In this document: piece by piece, positions 29,887 through 39,183 of the stretch
How positions within the stretch are numbered: the stretch's first letter is position 1
Layout of the letters: the number at the start of each line of letters is the position of its first letter
Assembly (NCBI GenBank): GCA_963837955.1
Contig: CAWIPH010000002.1
Location: forward strand, 1,184,001-1,248,000
Direction: 5' to 3'
DNA from: an uncultured Verrucomicrobiae bacterium
GTDB lineage: Bacteria; Verrucomicrobiota; Verrucomicrobiia; Chthoniobacterales; JAFAMB01
DNA: 64,000 bases
The notes under the pieces: model-generated
Told to the model about the DNA's origin: nothing
The model's database searches: none
Seen by the model: only the letters and a program-made list of their open reading frames with translations
Made by a program: the position numbers and the translations under genes

Positions 29887-30652
29887 GCTTTGCTCGGCGC
29901 ATAGCCGATAGCGCCGACTTGTCCGCCGAAGCATTCGTTGCAATGACCACTGCGTGCGGAAGCTCTGCGGAGGCGGAAGGCGTGTCTCAAGATAGCCTAG
30001 AGGGTGAAGCCCTAGGAACCAGACCCCCAAAAGCGAGCACGCACTGAAGGTGCGTCTCAATTTAGCCTAGTCCCAGACATATCGTTCATCGAACGCCACA
30101 CGGTAGCGTTTTAGAAACAGCCGAAATTCCTCTTCGAAAGTCATTTTCCGGTGATGCTCTTCTTGCTTCTCTATATAAGACACCACAGAAGCAACGTTGG
30201 ACTGACTTACGGAGAATACGCCATATCCGCGCTGCCAACTAAAGCTGCAGAGCCCTTGTGTCTTCAACCATTTTGAGGACGACGCCTTCAAATGCTCCAG
30301 GACGCTAGAAACGGACTGCGTCTTGGCCAGTTGGCAGAGAATATGCACATGGTCCGCGACCCCGCCAACGATCAGGGCTGGGCATTGGAGATCTTTCAAC
30401 ACCGCAGCTAAATAGGCGTGCGCTCTTTGCCGTAGATCTTTGTCGACAAAGAGCGGCTCTCGATTCTTGGTCGAGAAGATCAAATGAACCAAAAGGTTTG
30501 CCAGGGATTGCGGCACATAATTACAACATCATATATATGTGTTGTTGTCACGCGCTTTCAGCGCTGATCGCTTGTTTTTCCGGGTTCCTAGGGCTTCGCC
30601 CTAGGCTATCTTGAAACACGCCTTCGGCGCTAGCGGCTTCCGCCGAGCAAAG
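29887..30652. mobile_element. IS200-like/RAYT locus 2 with multi-hairpin inverted terminal repeats
   Basis: GCTTTGCTCGGCG..AGCGCCGA[insert]AGGCGTGTCTCAAGATAGCCTAG..GAAGCCCTAGGAACC and its inverse at 30585-30652 flank tnpA. Confidence 0.85.
30067..30516 (-). CDS. tnpA: IS200/IS605-superfamily Y1 transposase (HUH), REP-associated type
   Basis: HLIFSTKNR, DHVHIL, WQRGYGVFSVS, YIEKQEEHH; GTG start. Confidence 0.92.
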   Translation of the reverse strand: MPQSLANLLVHLIFSTKNREPLFVDKDLRQRAHAYLAAVLKDLQCPALIVGGVADHVHILCQLAKTQSVSSVLEHLKASSSKWLKTQGLCSFSWQRGYGVFSVSQSNVASVVSYIEKQEEHHRKMTFEEEFRLFLKRYRVAFDERYVWD

Positions 30653-30714
30653 CACTCCACGCCGATCACGGCCGACACTCCATCACTCCATGACTCCACG
30701 ACTCCGTCACTCCG

Positions 30715-31999
30715 TCACGCCTCCGCTCCCAGCTCCCAAACCGTCTTGCCTGCCACGATGGTGCGGACCGCTCGACCTTTGAACTCTTTACCGTCAAAGG
30801 GCGTGTTTCTCGATCGAGAGAGCGAGTTCTCTTTCCGATAAACCCATTCCAGATTGGGATCGATCAGTGTGATATCGGCGTCAGCTCCCGGGTGGAGCGC
30901 TCCTTTACGCAGGCGCAACAAATGTGCAGGATTGACGGTGTACATGGCGATCAGCTGATCAAGCGAGATCGCTTTCTCGCGGTGCAGGAGAATGGTTAGG
31001 AACACCGCAAGTTCTGTTTCCAATCCTAGGATACCGAAAGGAGCCTGATCGAATTCCACTTCTTTTTCAAAGGTGGCGTGCGGCGCGTGATCGCTCGCCA
31101 GGATGGTGATGGTTCCTTCGGCAACTCCTTCAATCAGGGCGTCGATATCCTCCTGGGCACGCAGAGGAGGGTTCATTTTGTAATTGGTGTCAAACGAGCT
31201 GATAGACTTATCGGTCAACGCAATGTGATGAGGACAAAGTTCGCCGGTGATCGCTACGCCGCGCCCACGCGCGTTGCGAAGAAGCCGGACACTGCCCGCC
31301 GAACTAAGATGCTGGCAATGAATCCGAGTGCCGCAGAGTTCCGCCAACAGGATATTGCGCATCACCATGATTTCTTCGCCGGCTCGAGGCCAGCCTGGTA
31401 ATCCCAAGATCGTACTCCAATGGCCCTCGTGCATTACGCCGTTTCCCACCAGGTGATAATCTTGACAGTGATCGAGCACGGCGAGGTCGAACATCCGGGC
31501 ATACTCGACCGCACGCCGCATCAACTCGTGGTTCTGCACACAATGGCCGTCGTCCGTGATGGCTACGATGCCGGCCTGCACCATTGATCCGATGGGAGCC
31601 ATTTCTTCGCCGGCCAGGTTTCGGGTGATCGCTCCGGTGGTAAACACGTTGATGTCGGCGGTCTCCCTCGCTCGATCCAGAATCCAGCCCACACCGCTTG
31701 GATCATCGGTTGGCGGTGCTGTATTCGGCATGCAGACGCACGGAAGTAAATCCGCCTGCTGCGGCTGCCTGACTTCCGGAAGCGATGGTTTCTTTGTGCG
31801 TCTGTCCCGGTTCCCGAAAATGCACGTGCATGTCGATCAAGCCGGGAGCGACGACTAAGCCCTTGGCCGAAATAACTGGCGCACCTTCAGGCGGTGAAGT
31901 TGCTGATATTTTTCCATTAACGACGTACAAATCGGCGACTTCATTCCGACCTGTCGCGGGATCGATTATCTTCCCGCCCTGAATGATTAGGTTACTCAT
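30715..31999 (-). CDS. pyrC: dihydroorotase, split by an apparent +1 frameshift near 31739
   Basis: N-part [14 protein letters not shown]...GGFTS, C-part MPNT...KMNPPLR...ASDHAPH; removing one base restores FTSVVCMPNT. Confidence 0.88.
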
Positions 32000-32967
32000 C
32001 GGATTTTGCGGCCGGCCGTAGAACAGAGGTAAAGAACAGCCATCCGGACCGCTAGTCCGTTCGTCACCTGAGCCAGAATCACGCTCCGGGTTCCGTCGGC
32101 CAGGTCGCTGTCGATCTCTACGCCTCGATTAATCGGCCCGGGGTGCATGATTAAGCAGCTCGGCTTCAACTTTTCGGCGCGCGCCTTCGTTAGCCCAAAG
32201 AAGCGGATGTATTCGTTCAAGCTGGGGAAATATTCCTTGCGTTGGCGCTCAACTTGAATGCGCAGAAGGTTAATCACGTCAGCGCTTTCCAGGACGTCAT
32301 CCAACCGGCGAACAACGCTCACTCCGATTGATTCAAAGCTGCGGGGCACCAAGGTACTCGGCCCGACCAGTGTGACATGCGCTCCCAATTTCTTGAGCGC
32401 CCAGATGTTCGAACGCGCTACTCGACTAAACAGAATATCACCGACAATCGCTACATTCAGCCCGGAGATGCTTCCCATTCGCTCTCGGATTGTGAATACG
32501 TCGAGTAGAGCTTGGGTGGGATGCTCGTGTGCGCCATCGCCGGCGTTTATCACGCTCGCTTCCAATCGGTCAGCCAGGAATTTTGGGGCACCCGCCGAAC
32601 TATGACGTAGCACGATGATGTCCGCATGCAGCGCCTGCAAATTCAAGGCGGTGTCTTTCAACGTCTCGCCTTTCTGCAGGCTAGAGGTTGTGGCAGAAAT
32701 GTTAACAACGTCGGCGCTGAGCCGAAAGGCGGCCAGCTCAAATGAAGTTCTGGTGCGAGTACTCGGTTCGACGAAAAAATTGACCAACGTCTTTCCCCGC
32801 AGCGCAGGAACCTTTTTTATGTCCCGAGAGCCGACCGTTTTAAAAGCAGCCGCTGAATCGAGGATGTGTTCCAGTTCCCAGATTTCCAGTTCTCGAATAC
32901 TAATCAGATCCTTTCGGGACCAGTTCCGGGCCTGGCTCTTTTCACTCGCGGGAGGGGAGCTTTTCAT
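31996..32967 (-). CDS. pyrB: aspartate carbamoyltransferase catalytic subunit
   Basis: [30 protein letters not shown]. Confidence 0.97.
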   Translation of the reverse strand: MKSSPPASEKSQARNWSRKDLISIRELEIWELEHILDSAAAFKTVGSRDIKKVPALRGKTLVNFFVEPSTRTRTSFELAAFRLSADVVNISATTSSLQKGETLKDTALNLQALHADIIVLRHSSAGAPKFLADRLEASVINAGDGAHEHPTQALLDVFTIRERMGSISGLNVAIVGDILFSRVARSNIWALKKLGAHVTLVGPSTLVPRSFESIGVSVVRRLDDVLESADVINLLRIQVERQRKEYFPSLNEYIRFFGLTKARAEKLKPSCLIMHPGPINRGVEIDSDLADGTRSVILAQVTNGLAVRMAVLYLCSTAGRKIR

Positions 32968-33503
32968 GGTTTTTCAACGTGGACCGAGTCGGTTTGGGCA
33001 TCGGTCTCCATTAGCCGCACTTTTACCAACTCAGACCGGCCGGTAGGCAAATTCTTACCCACGTAATCGGGTCGGATCGGCAATTCGCGATGACCGCGAT
33101 CGACCAAGACGGCTAGCTGAATGCGGGCGGGACGACCGAAGGAACTGATTGCGTCCATGGCCGCGCGGCAGGTTCGTCCGGTAAAAAGCACATCATCGAC
33201 TAACACGACGGTGAGGCCCTCGAGGTGCAGAGGGAGACGAGTTTCGTGGACATCCGGGAGACGGGCTCGGAGGCCAAGATCGTCGCGATGCATCGAGATG
33301 TCGATCACGCCGGTCTCCGGGCGAACACCTTCGATTTGCCCAAGTTGATCGGCTAAACGTTCCGCCAACGCTCCGCCCCGAAGGGGAATCCCAGCTAAGA
33401 CGAGTTTCCCCGTTTCGGGATTGTGCTCGAGAATTTCATGCGCTATCCGCCGCAACGCGCGAGCGATTGCTTCTTCATCCAGGATTAGGACAGAACTCGA
33501 CAT
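32964..33503 (-). CDS. pyrR: bifunctional pyr regulator / uracil phosphoribosyltransferase
   Basis: [37 protein letters not shown]. Confidence 0.96.
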   Translation of the reverse strand: MSSSVLILDEEAIARALRRIAHEILEHNPETGKLVLAGIPLRGGALAERLADQLGQIEGVRPETGVIDISMHRDDLGLRARLPDVHETRLPLHLEGLTVVLVDDVLFTGRTCRAAMDAISSFGRPARIQLAVLVDRGHRELPIRPDYVGKNLPTGRSELVKVRLMETDAQTDSVHVEKP

Positions 33504-33509
33504 AAGTAA

Positions 33510-33540
33510 CCTTAGCAACCTCTCTGGATTGCTTTAAAGG
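33510..33540 (-). promoter_or_regulatory. PyrR-binding RNA element
   Basis: Minus strand CCUUUAAAGCAAUCCAGAGAGGUUGCUAAGG matches the ARUCCnGnGAGGYU binding loop; ends 6 nt before the pyrR ATG. Confidence 0.88.
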
Positions 33541-33613
33541 CTTCAGAAAACTAGTGCACTATATCAGATACATCGCGAGGGCGCTCACGATATAGCTGAT
33601 ATAGCGCACGAGA

Positions 33614-33829
33614 TTATCCGCCTTTGGCAGAACGTTGACGCTTTTCGCGCCAGGCGGAGCGATATTTCACGATCCAATCGAGCAATGCTCGTTCAAATCC
33701 GATATCGTACCCAACCTTTTCGCTCTCGATCCATTTATGGCGAAGGATTTCTTCCCTCTCAGCCAAGAACTCCTTATACAAAGCAGAATTCTTAACCAGT
33801 TCCGTAGCGTCATCCTTCGGGGGTTCCAT
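33614..33829 (-). CDS. small conserved protein, DUF4032-like
   Basis: EREEILRHKWIESEKVGYDIGFERALLDW. Confidence 0.75.
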   Translation of the reverse strand: MEPPKDDATELVKNSALYKEFLAEREEILRHKWIESEKVGYDIGFERALLDWIVKYRSAWREKRQRSAKGG

Positions 33830-33911
33830 TTTCTGACCGTTGAGTGTGTCGGTAAGTGAATTCCGGAGTCAATGCGAAAGTCGATAATCCGGTTTAACTG
33901 ATTTCGAGCTA

Positions 33912-34967
33912 CTAAGAAGTTTCGATTTGCTGTCGCAGAAGATCGACCATAGCCAGGAACACGCTGGCGATGGGGCCCTTTGGTTTCTCGAGTACGACTG
34001 GGACTCCGCGATCTCCGGCTTCGCGGGTCTGCAAATCGATGGGAATTTGGCCAAGTAGCGGAACCCGGAGGCGATTGGCTTCGCGAACACCACCCCCGGA
34101 ACCAAAGATATCGAAACGCTGACCGTCACTTGGTGAAACAAAATAGCTCATGTTTTCGACGAGACCGAGTACTGGAACATTCACTTTCGCAAACATTGCG
34201 CTCGCCTTTCGCGCATCGATCAGGGCTACCTCTTGAGGCGTTGTGACGATCACCGCGCCGGAAAGAGCTACGGTCTGAACGATAGTCAGCTGGATGTCGC
34301 CGGTTCCTGGGGGCAAATCGAGCACGAGGTAATCAAGACCGGACCAATCGACCTGACGCAAGAACTGCTGGGTAGCCCGAGTGACCATGGGACCGCGCAG
34401 GATCGCTGGTGAAGTGTCATCCAAAAGCGAGCCCATGGACATCAATTTGATGCCGTAGCGCTCGATGGGGATGATAACGTTTTCGGAGGTCGCCATCGGT
34501 TGTTCATGCGCGGCTCCGAACATGAGGGAGATGCTCGGACCGTAAATGTCGCAATCGCAAAGCCCCGTTCGCTGTCCAGTTAAGCTCAGCGCAGCAGCTA
34601 GATTCGCTGCTACGGTGGATTTGCCGACTCCGCCTTTTCCGCTGGCGATGGCAACGACGTATTTTACGCCTGCGATTGAGGTGGCGCCGGCCTGAGCTGG
34701 CCCAGCGACTTCCGGTGGATTGGTGATGTCGATGACCACCTCGGTCGAACTGATGCCAGGTGTCTCCCGAAGAATGCCTTCCGTATCCCGCTTCAGGGTC
34801 TCCGGGATACTTGGGTTGGTGGTGGCGATCTCCAACCGAACAAAGACGTCGGTTCCAGATATCTTTACCTCTTTCACGAGTCCGAAACTCACGATGTCTC
34901 GGCTGTAGCCGGGAAATTTCACCGCTTTCAGACGTTCCAGAACTAAATTTTCAGTGGGATCAGACAT
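33912..34967 (-). CDS. mrp: Mrp/ApbC Fe-S cluster carrier ATPase
   Basis: N-terminal FeS-assembly domain, SGKGGVGKST, DLPPGTGD, VTTPQ, ENMS. Confidence 0.95.
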   Translation of the reverse strand: MSDPTENLVLERLKAVKFPGYSRDIVSFGLVKEVKISGTDVFVRLEIATTNPSIPETLKRDTEGILRETPGISSTEVVIDITNPPEVAGPAQAGATSIAGVKYVVAIASGKGGVGKSTVAANLAAALSLTGQRTGLCDCDIYGPSISLMFGAAHEQPMATSENVIIPIERYGIKLMSMGSLLDDTSPAILRGPMVTRATQQFLRQVDWSGLDYLVLDLPPGTGDIQLTIVQTVALSGAVIVTTPQEVALIDARKASAMFAKVNVPVLGLVENMSYFVSPSDGQRFDIFGSGGGVREANRLRVPLLGQIPIDLQTREAGDRGVPVVLEKPKGPIASVFLAMVDLLRQQIETS

Positions 34968-35293
34968 GCGTAGACAATTCGCAACATTCGCACAACCGGA
35001 TCAGCCGGGCAGTCAACGAACCGTAGAATGAAAGAAAGTCAATGCAGGAGCCGGTTGTTGGTCGATTGGTGCGGTGAGCAGTAAGCGGGGAGCCGGATAC
35101 GCCGACCTGTCCGACGAAGCCCTTCTGTGACGGTCGAACCATAGTAGCTAATGGTTGGCGAAGTCGGAAGGCGTTGGAGGACTCAGCCCAAGGGTGGAGG
35201 CTTTGCGTAACCCTGGGTAACCCCAAAAAAGCGCGTCCGCTCTCATAAGGAACATGGTGGAGTTTAGCGTGGAGTTCACAGCGGAGATCGGTC

Positions 35294-36703
35294 TCAGGTA
35301 GCGATAGGAGTCAGTTGGTAGCCCATCTGGCGGGCAGCAGAGGAGAGTCGTTTGAGACGTCGGGTCTGATTGGCCTTTTCGTAAGCAGCAAAGATGGTCA
35401 GATCAAAGGGGACTCGATGAACGATGAGGTGCCAGAGGATTCTGGCTAATTGGTGGGCCATGGCGGTGATAGCCTTGGGAGCACCTAGTTTGGCGCGCAA
35501 GCGTCGGTATTTGTCTCCCAGGTAGCTCTTATCATGGTGCAAGGAAGAGGCAGCCATGCGCAATGCCTGTCGAACCCGATTTTGGCTGCGACGGGTCGCT
35601 CGGCGAAGCACTTTGCTAGCGCTGGTCTCGTTATCCGGACACAGACAGAGCCAGGAACTAAAGTGGTGTGCGCTCTTGAAAGCACCCAGGTCATTACCTA
35701 GCTCGGTCATCAGGGTAATACCGGTGAGAACGCTGATGCTTGGGATAGCGGTCAGATCAACGCCAAAGAAGCGAGAGAGTTCTTCTCGCCAAGGCCCCGG
35801 GGGTTCATTCTTGCTGGTTTTCCTGCGCGGTTTGCTGGGCCGGGCAACGGGATGAGAGCCGGCTGCTTGCGTGCTCAAGCGCACGGTCTTGATCGGCTTG
35901 GCCAGAGTAGTACAGGCTTCCAATTGGCGGGTGTATTCCAGCAGCTGTTGATCACATTTTTGGATTTGGTGTTGAGCCTGCTTCCAATTTTCCCAGGCCA
36001 CTTTTAAAACAAAGAGGTGTTCGCTGCGCCAATCGCCCTCCAAGGCTTTGACGATGGTTTGTTGGGAAGCTTTGATTCGGTGATCGCGATGCTTGGCCAA
36101 TTGGTGTGGGTCTCGCTCACCCTCTAAAATGGCCTCGATGATCGCCAGCCCCGTCATGCCCGTCAGATCGTCGATGACGTGGTGGAGCTTAATATTCATT
36201 TGATCCAAGGCCGCCTGCATATGCTGGAGATGCTGAGCAGCCTGGGTGAGCAGATTTTGCCGATAGCGGTAAATGCTCCGCGCGGCACAGATGGCTTGAT
36301 CGGGCCGATAAGAAGCCCGCAATAGACCCACGCTGTGGAGGTACTGCAACCATTGACAGTCGCCCACGTCACTTTTGCGACCCGGTACATTTTTGACATG
36401 CCGGGCGTTGACTAAACAGACCTTCAGTCCGGCATCGGCCAGAAGCTGATAGAGTGGAATCCAGTAAACACCGGTCGATTCCATTGCTACGGTACGAATC
36501 CCGCAATCTCGCAGCCACTGGACAATGGCCTTGAGCTCCTGAGTAAATGCACCAAATCTTCTGATTGGCTTCTCGCTACGATCAGGCGCTACAGCAACCC
36601 AGATTTCATTGGCTCCTACATCAATGCCAGCCGCATCGGGCTCTGGCTCGTGTAACGGTTTTGGCGCTTCGGACTTGGTTTTTGTCTTCTCGTGTTGTTT
36701 CAT
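35294..36703 (-). CDS. IS110-family DEDD recombinase/transposase
   Basis: AGIDVG, AMESTGVYW, GRKSDVGD (RuvC-like DEDD); C-terminal Tnp20-like LTAIPSIS...SWLCLCP.NETSA. Confidence 0.95.
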   Translation of the reverse strand: MKQHEKTKTKSEAPKPLHEPEPDAAGIDVGANEIWVAVAPDRSEKPIRRFGAFTQELKAIVQWLRDCGIRTVAMESTGVYWIPLYQLLADAGLKVCLVNARHVKNVPGRKSDVGDCQWLQYLHSVGLLRASYRPDQAICAARSIYRYRQNLLTQAAQHLQHMQAALDQMNIKLHHVIDDLTGMTGLAIIEAILEGERDPHQLAKHRDHRIKASQQTIVKALEGDWRSEHLFVLKVAWENWKQAQHQIQKCDQQLLEYTRQLEACTTLAKPIKTVRLSTQAAGSHPVARPSKPRRKTSKNEPPGPWREELSRFFGVDLTAIPSISVLTGITLMTELGNDLGAFKSAHHFSSWLCLCPDNETSASKVLRRATRRSQNRVRQALRMAASSLHHDKSYLGDKYRRLRAKLGAPKAITAMAHQLARILWHLIVHRVPFDLTIFAAYEKANQTRRLKRLSSAARQMGYQLTPIAT

Positions 36704-36719
36704 TCTCTCGTTGATTAGC

Positions 36720-36906
36720 CAACGAAGGAGGCTTGGCTCAGACGGCGAAAGATCGAGACATTCTCATAAACGGGGTCTTGCAAGCACCACAGTGCTTTCC
36801 AGCCACCAGTGAAAAAATCGTAGCGTCTGATTCCATGCTGAAAGGCGGGTTTAGTTACTGCTAAACACCACTGGGCAAGCGGATTACTTGCCAAGCCTCC
36901 TCGTTG
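36720..36906 (-). ncRNA. candidate bridge RNA, IS110 copy 1
   Basis: Mirror of 38981-39167. Confidence 0.65.
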
Positions 36907-37499
36907 CATCCCTCCTCTTAGCGAAGGAAGACTCCACTACGCCACTAAATGAATGTTCCTACGGTGAAAAACACCCGCGCAGCCGGGTTGAAGCTGCTGA
37001 AAGAGCGCAAGAAATCTTCTACCCAACGGCCGCCATCACCGAACGCAAAAATCTCGGAGCTTGATCACGCCGTCGAATATTATCGGATGAATGAACGACG
37101 TGACCAGGAAACCAGCTGGGAATGCCGGGTAACAGAAAGCTTCGTCACTCGTCACTGTTGAGGTGCTTGGTGACGGCGGTAGCAATCTGCAAAGGCTGCC
37201 ACCGATTGTCGCGGATGGGATGGCTAGTCGGTAGTCAGGAGCCGGTGATGAGGGCCCTTCTGCAGATAGTCTTACGCTCTTTCAGAGCGGACGCATTTTT
37301 TGGGGCTACCCGGGGTTGCGCAAAGCCTCCACCCCGGGCTGAGTCCTCCAACGCCTTCCGACTCCGCCAACCATTAGCTACTATGGTTCGACCATCACAG
37401 AAGGGCTTCGTCGGACAGGTCGGCGTATCTGGCGTATCCGACTCCTGGCATTCGGCTCCCCTTGATCAATCCCACCATTGGGATCAATTACTGATCCCA

Positions 37500-38579
37500 A
37501 TGTCTGACGCCCGAAAAATCGACTCTCCGGCAAACTCGACCAAGTCGATTCAAGCTCAACCCAGCTCGGGCAAGAAGACAACAATTCTCCCGCCATTGAT
37601 TCGAAAGAACGGCTTCATTCTCGGGCTGTTTGGCGTCGTGATTTTAGCATTCCTTTTTCCCCAACCCGGAGCACGGAACGGCTGGTTGCATCCCGAACTG
37701 ATCAGCAATTTTGGGATCGCCCTGATCCTGTTCCTACAAGGACTCTCCATGCCGCTGGAGAAAGTGAGACGCGGTGCGGGGAATTGGCGTCTACACGTCA
37801 TTATTCAGGCTTTTACTTTCATCATTTTTCCGATCGTGGGTCTCGGATTCCAAATGCTATTGCCCCATATCTGGCGGGACGAACCAGAAGCGATCAAGCA
37901 AGGCTTTCTTTACCTTTGCGTGCTGCCTTCCACGGTGTCCACCTCCGTCGTGCTTACTTCAGTTGCCGGAGGGAACACTGCGGCAGCGATCCTCAATGCG
38001 GCGTTTTCAAACATCGTGGGAGTGATACTCACTCCGTTACTGGTGAGCTTCTTGATGCAGGCTACCGGCCACACCGGGCCGATCGGACCGCTCTTAATGC
38101 AAATCACGATGTTAACGCTGTTGCCTTTTGCGGCAGGGGCTATTCTTCGCCATTTTGTTCAGCATTGGGTCGATGCGAATAAGCGTTGGATCAACCCGAT
38201 CAGTAACGCTGTCATTCTTTTCATCGTCTACACCGCTTTTTGTAATTCCGTGACCGAGAAAATCTGGGACAAATACGGCGTTGCTCTTACGGTGGAAGTG
38301 CTCCTCACGGTCATCTTTCTATTTGGGACCGTTTCGCTGCTGATCTTTCTCGCTTCCCGGGTCGCAAAACTGAACCGGGAAGACGCGATCGCGGCGTACT
38401 TTTGCTCGGTCAAGAAGACGCTAGCGATGGGTGTACCGCTCGCGATGCTCATATTCGGTACTAGAGCTGACCTCAGCCTGATTCTGTTGCCCATCATGTT
38501 TTATCACCCGTTCCAACTTTTCGTGAACGGATTGTTGGCGAATCGTTGGGCGAAGGAGAGGGGTGGGGTGGCTGCGTGA
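37500..38579 (+). CDS. bile acid:sodium symporter family transporter
   Basis: LPSTVSTSVVLT..AGGN, NIVGVILTP, FCSVKKTLAMGVP; upstream ORF extension is repeat DNA. Confidence 0.9.
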   Translation: MSDARKIDSPANSTKSIQAQPSSGKKTTILPPLIRKNGFILGLFGVVILAFLFPQPGARNGWLHPELISNFGIALILFLQGLSMPLEKVRRGAGNWRLHVIIQAFTFIIFPIVGLGFQMLLPHIWRDEPEAIKQGFLYLCVLPSTVSTSVVLTSVAGGNTAAAILNAAFSNIVGVILTPLLVSFLMQATGHTGPIGPLLMQITMLTLLPFAAGAILRHFVQHWVDANKRWINPISNAVILFIVYTAFCNSVTEKIWDKYGVALTVEVLLTVIFLFGTVSLLIFLASRVAKLNREDAIAAYFCSVKKTLAMGVPLAMLIFGTRADLSLILLPIMFYHPFQLFVNGLLANRWAKERGGVAA

Positions 38580-38980
38580 TTGGTGGCTGGTGGTTGGGGA
38601 GCGGTGATTGGTGATTGGGGAGCGGTGAGAAGTGAGCAGTAAGCAGGGAGCCGGGATACGCCGAAGGCGTTAAAGGACTCAGCCCGGGGTGGAGGCTTTG
38701 CGCAACCCCGGGTGACCCCAAAAATGCGCGTCCGCTCTGAAAGAGCGCAAGAAAATCCCCTGGCAGAACGGCGCTCACTACCGGCTCCATCGAGGAGATG
38801 AACGCCCCTCTAGATCGCCCTACTCAGCGGTTTCTACGGATTGTTGCTGCCGTCACGAAGCTCCATAGAAGACTTCTTGCGCTCTTTCAGCAGCTTCAAC
38901 CCGGCTGCGCGGGTGTTTTTCACCGTAGGAACATTCATTTAGTGGCGTAGTGGAGTCTTCCTTCGCTAAGAGGAGGGATG

Positions 38981-39167
38981 CAACGAGGAGGCTTGGCAAG
39001 TAATCCGCTTGCCCAGTGGTGTTTAGCAGTAACTAAACCCGCCTTTCAGCATGGAATCAGACGCTACGATTTTTTCACTGGTGGCTGGAAAGCACTGTGG
39101 TGCTTGCAAGACCCCGTTTATGAGAATGTCTCGATCTTTCGCCGTCTGAGCCAAGCCTCCTTCGTTG
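38981..39167 (+). ncRNA. candidate bridge RNA, IS110 copy 2
   Basis: Closing stem CAACGA-GGAGGCTTGGC / GCCAAGCCTCCTTCGTTG; contains CTTTCAG (target+core) and TTATGAG (donor+core). Confidence 0.65.
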
Positions 39168-39183
39168 GCTAATCAACGAGAGA

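Larger units (their letters stand above)
35244..36996 (-). mobile_element. IS110-family element copy 1 (1753 bp, flanked by CT/AG core)
   Basis: Reverse complement of 38891-40643; removing it plus one CT restores CCGCTCTGAAAGAGCG. Confidence 0.95.
35096..37429. mobile_element. CGCCGAAGGCG-family REPIN/MITE interrupted by IS110 copy 1
   Basis: Arms at 35096-35243 (+36999) and ~37275-37429; spacer is an inverted homolog of 22715-22978. Confidence 0.85.

Noticed and set aside
30067..30516. IS605-type element with TnpB/omega RNA
   Set aside because: No tnpB or iscB ORF next to tnpA; ends are symmetric REP-like arms
37122..37499. Long N-terminal extension of the symporter (also zwf 17964, dnaE2 43961, hisI 60899)
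   Set aside because: Extensions run through repeat DNA; downstream ATGs fit the family starts better
38978..39172. 64-aa ORF upstream of the IS110 transposase
   Set aside because: Coincides with the structured non-coding segment; duplicated only because the IS is duplicated
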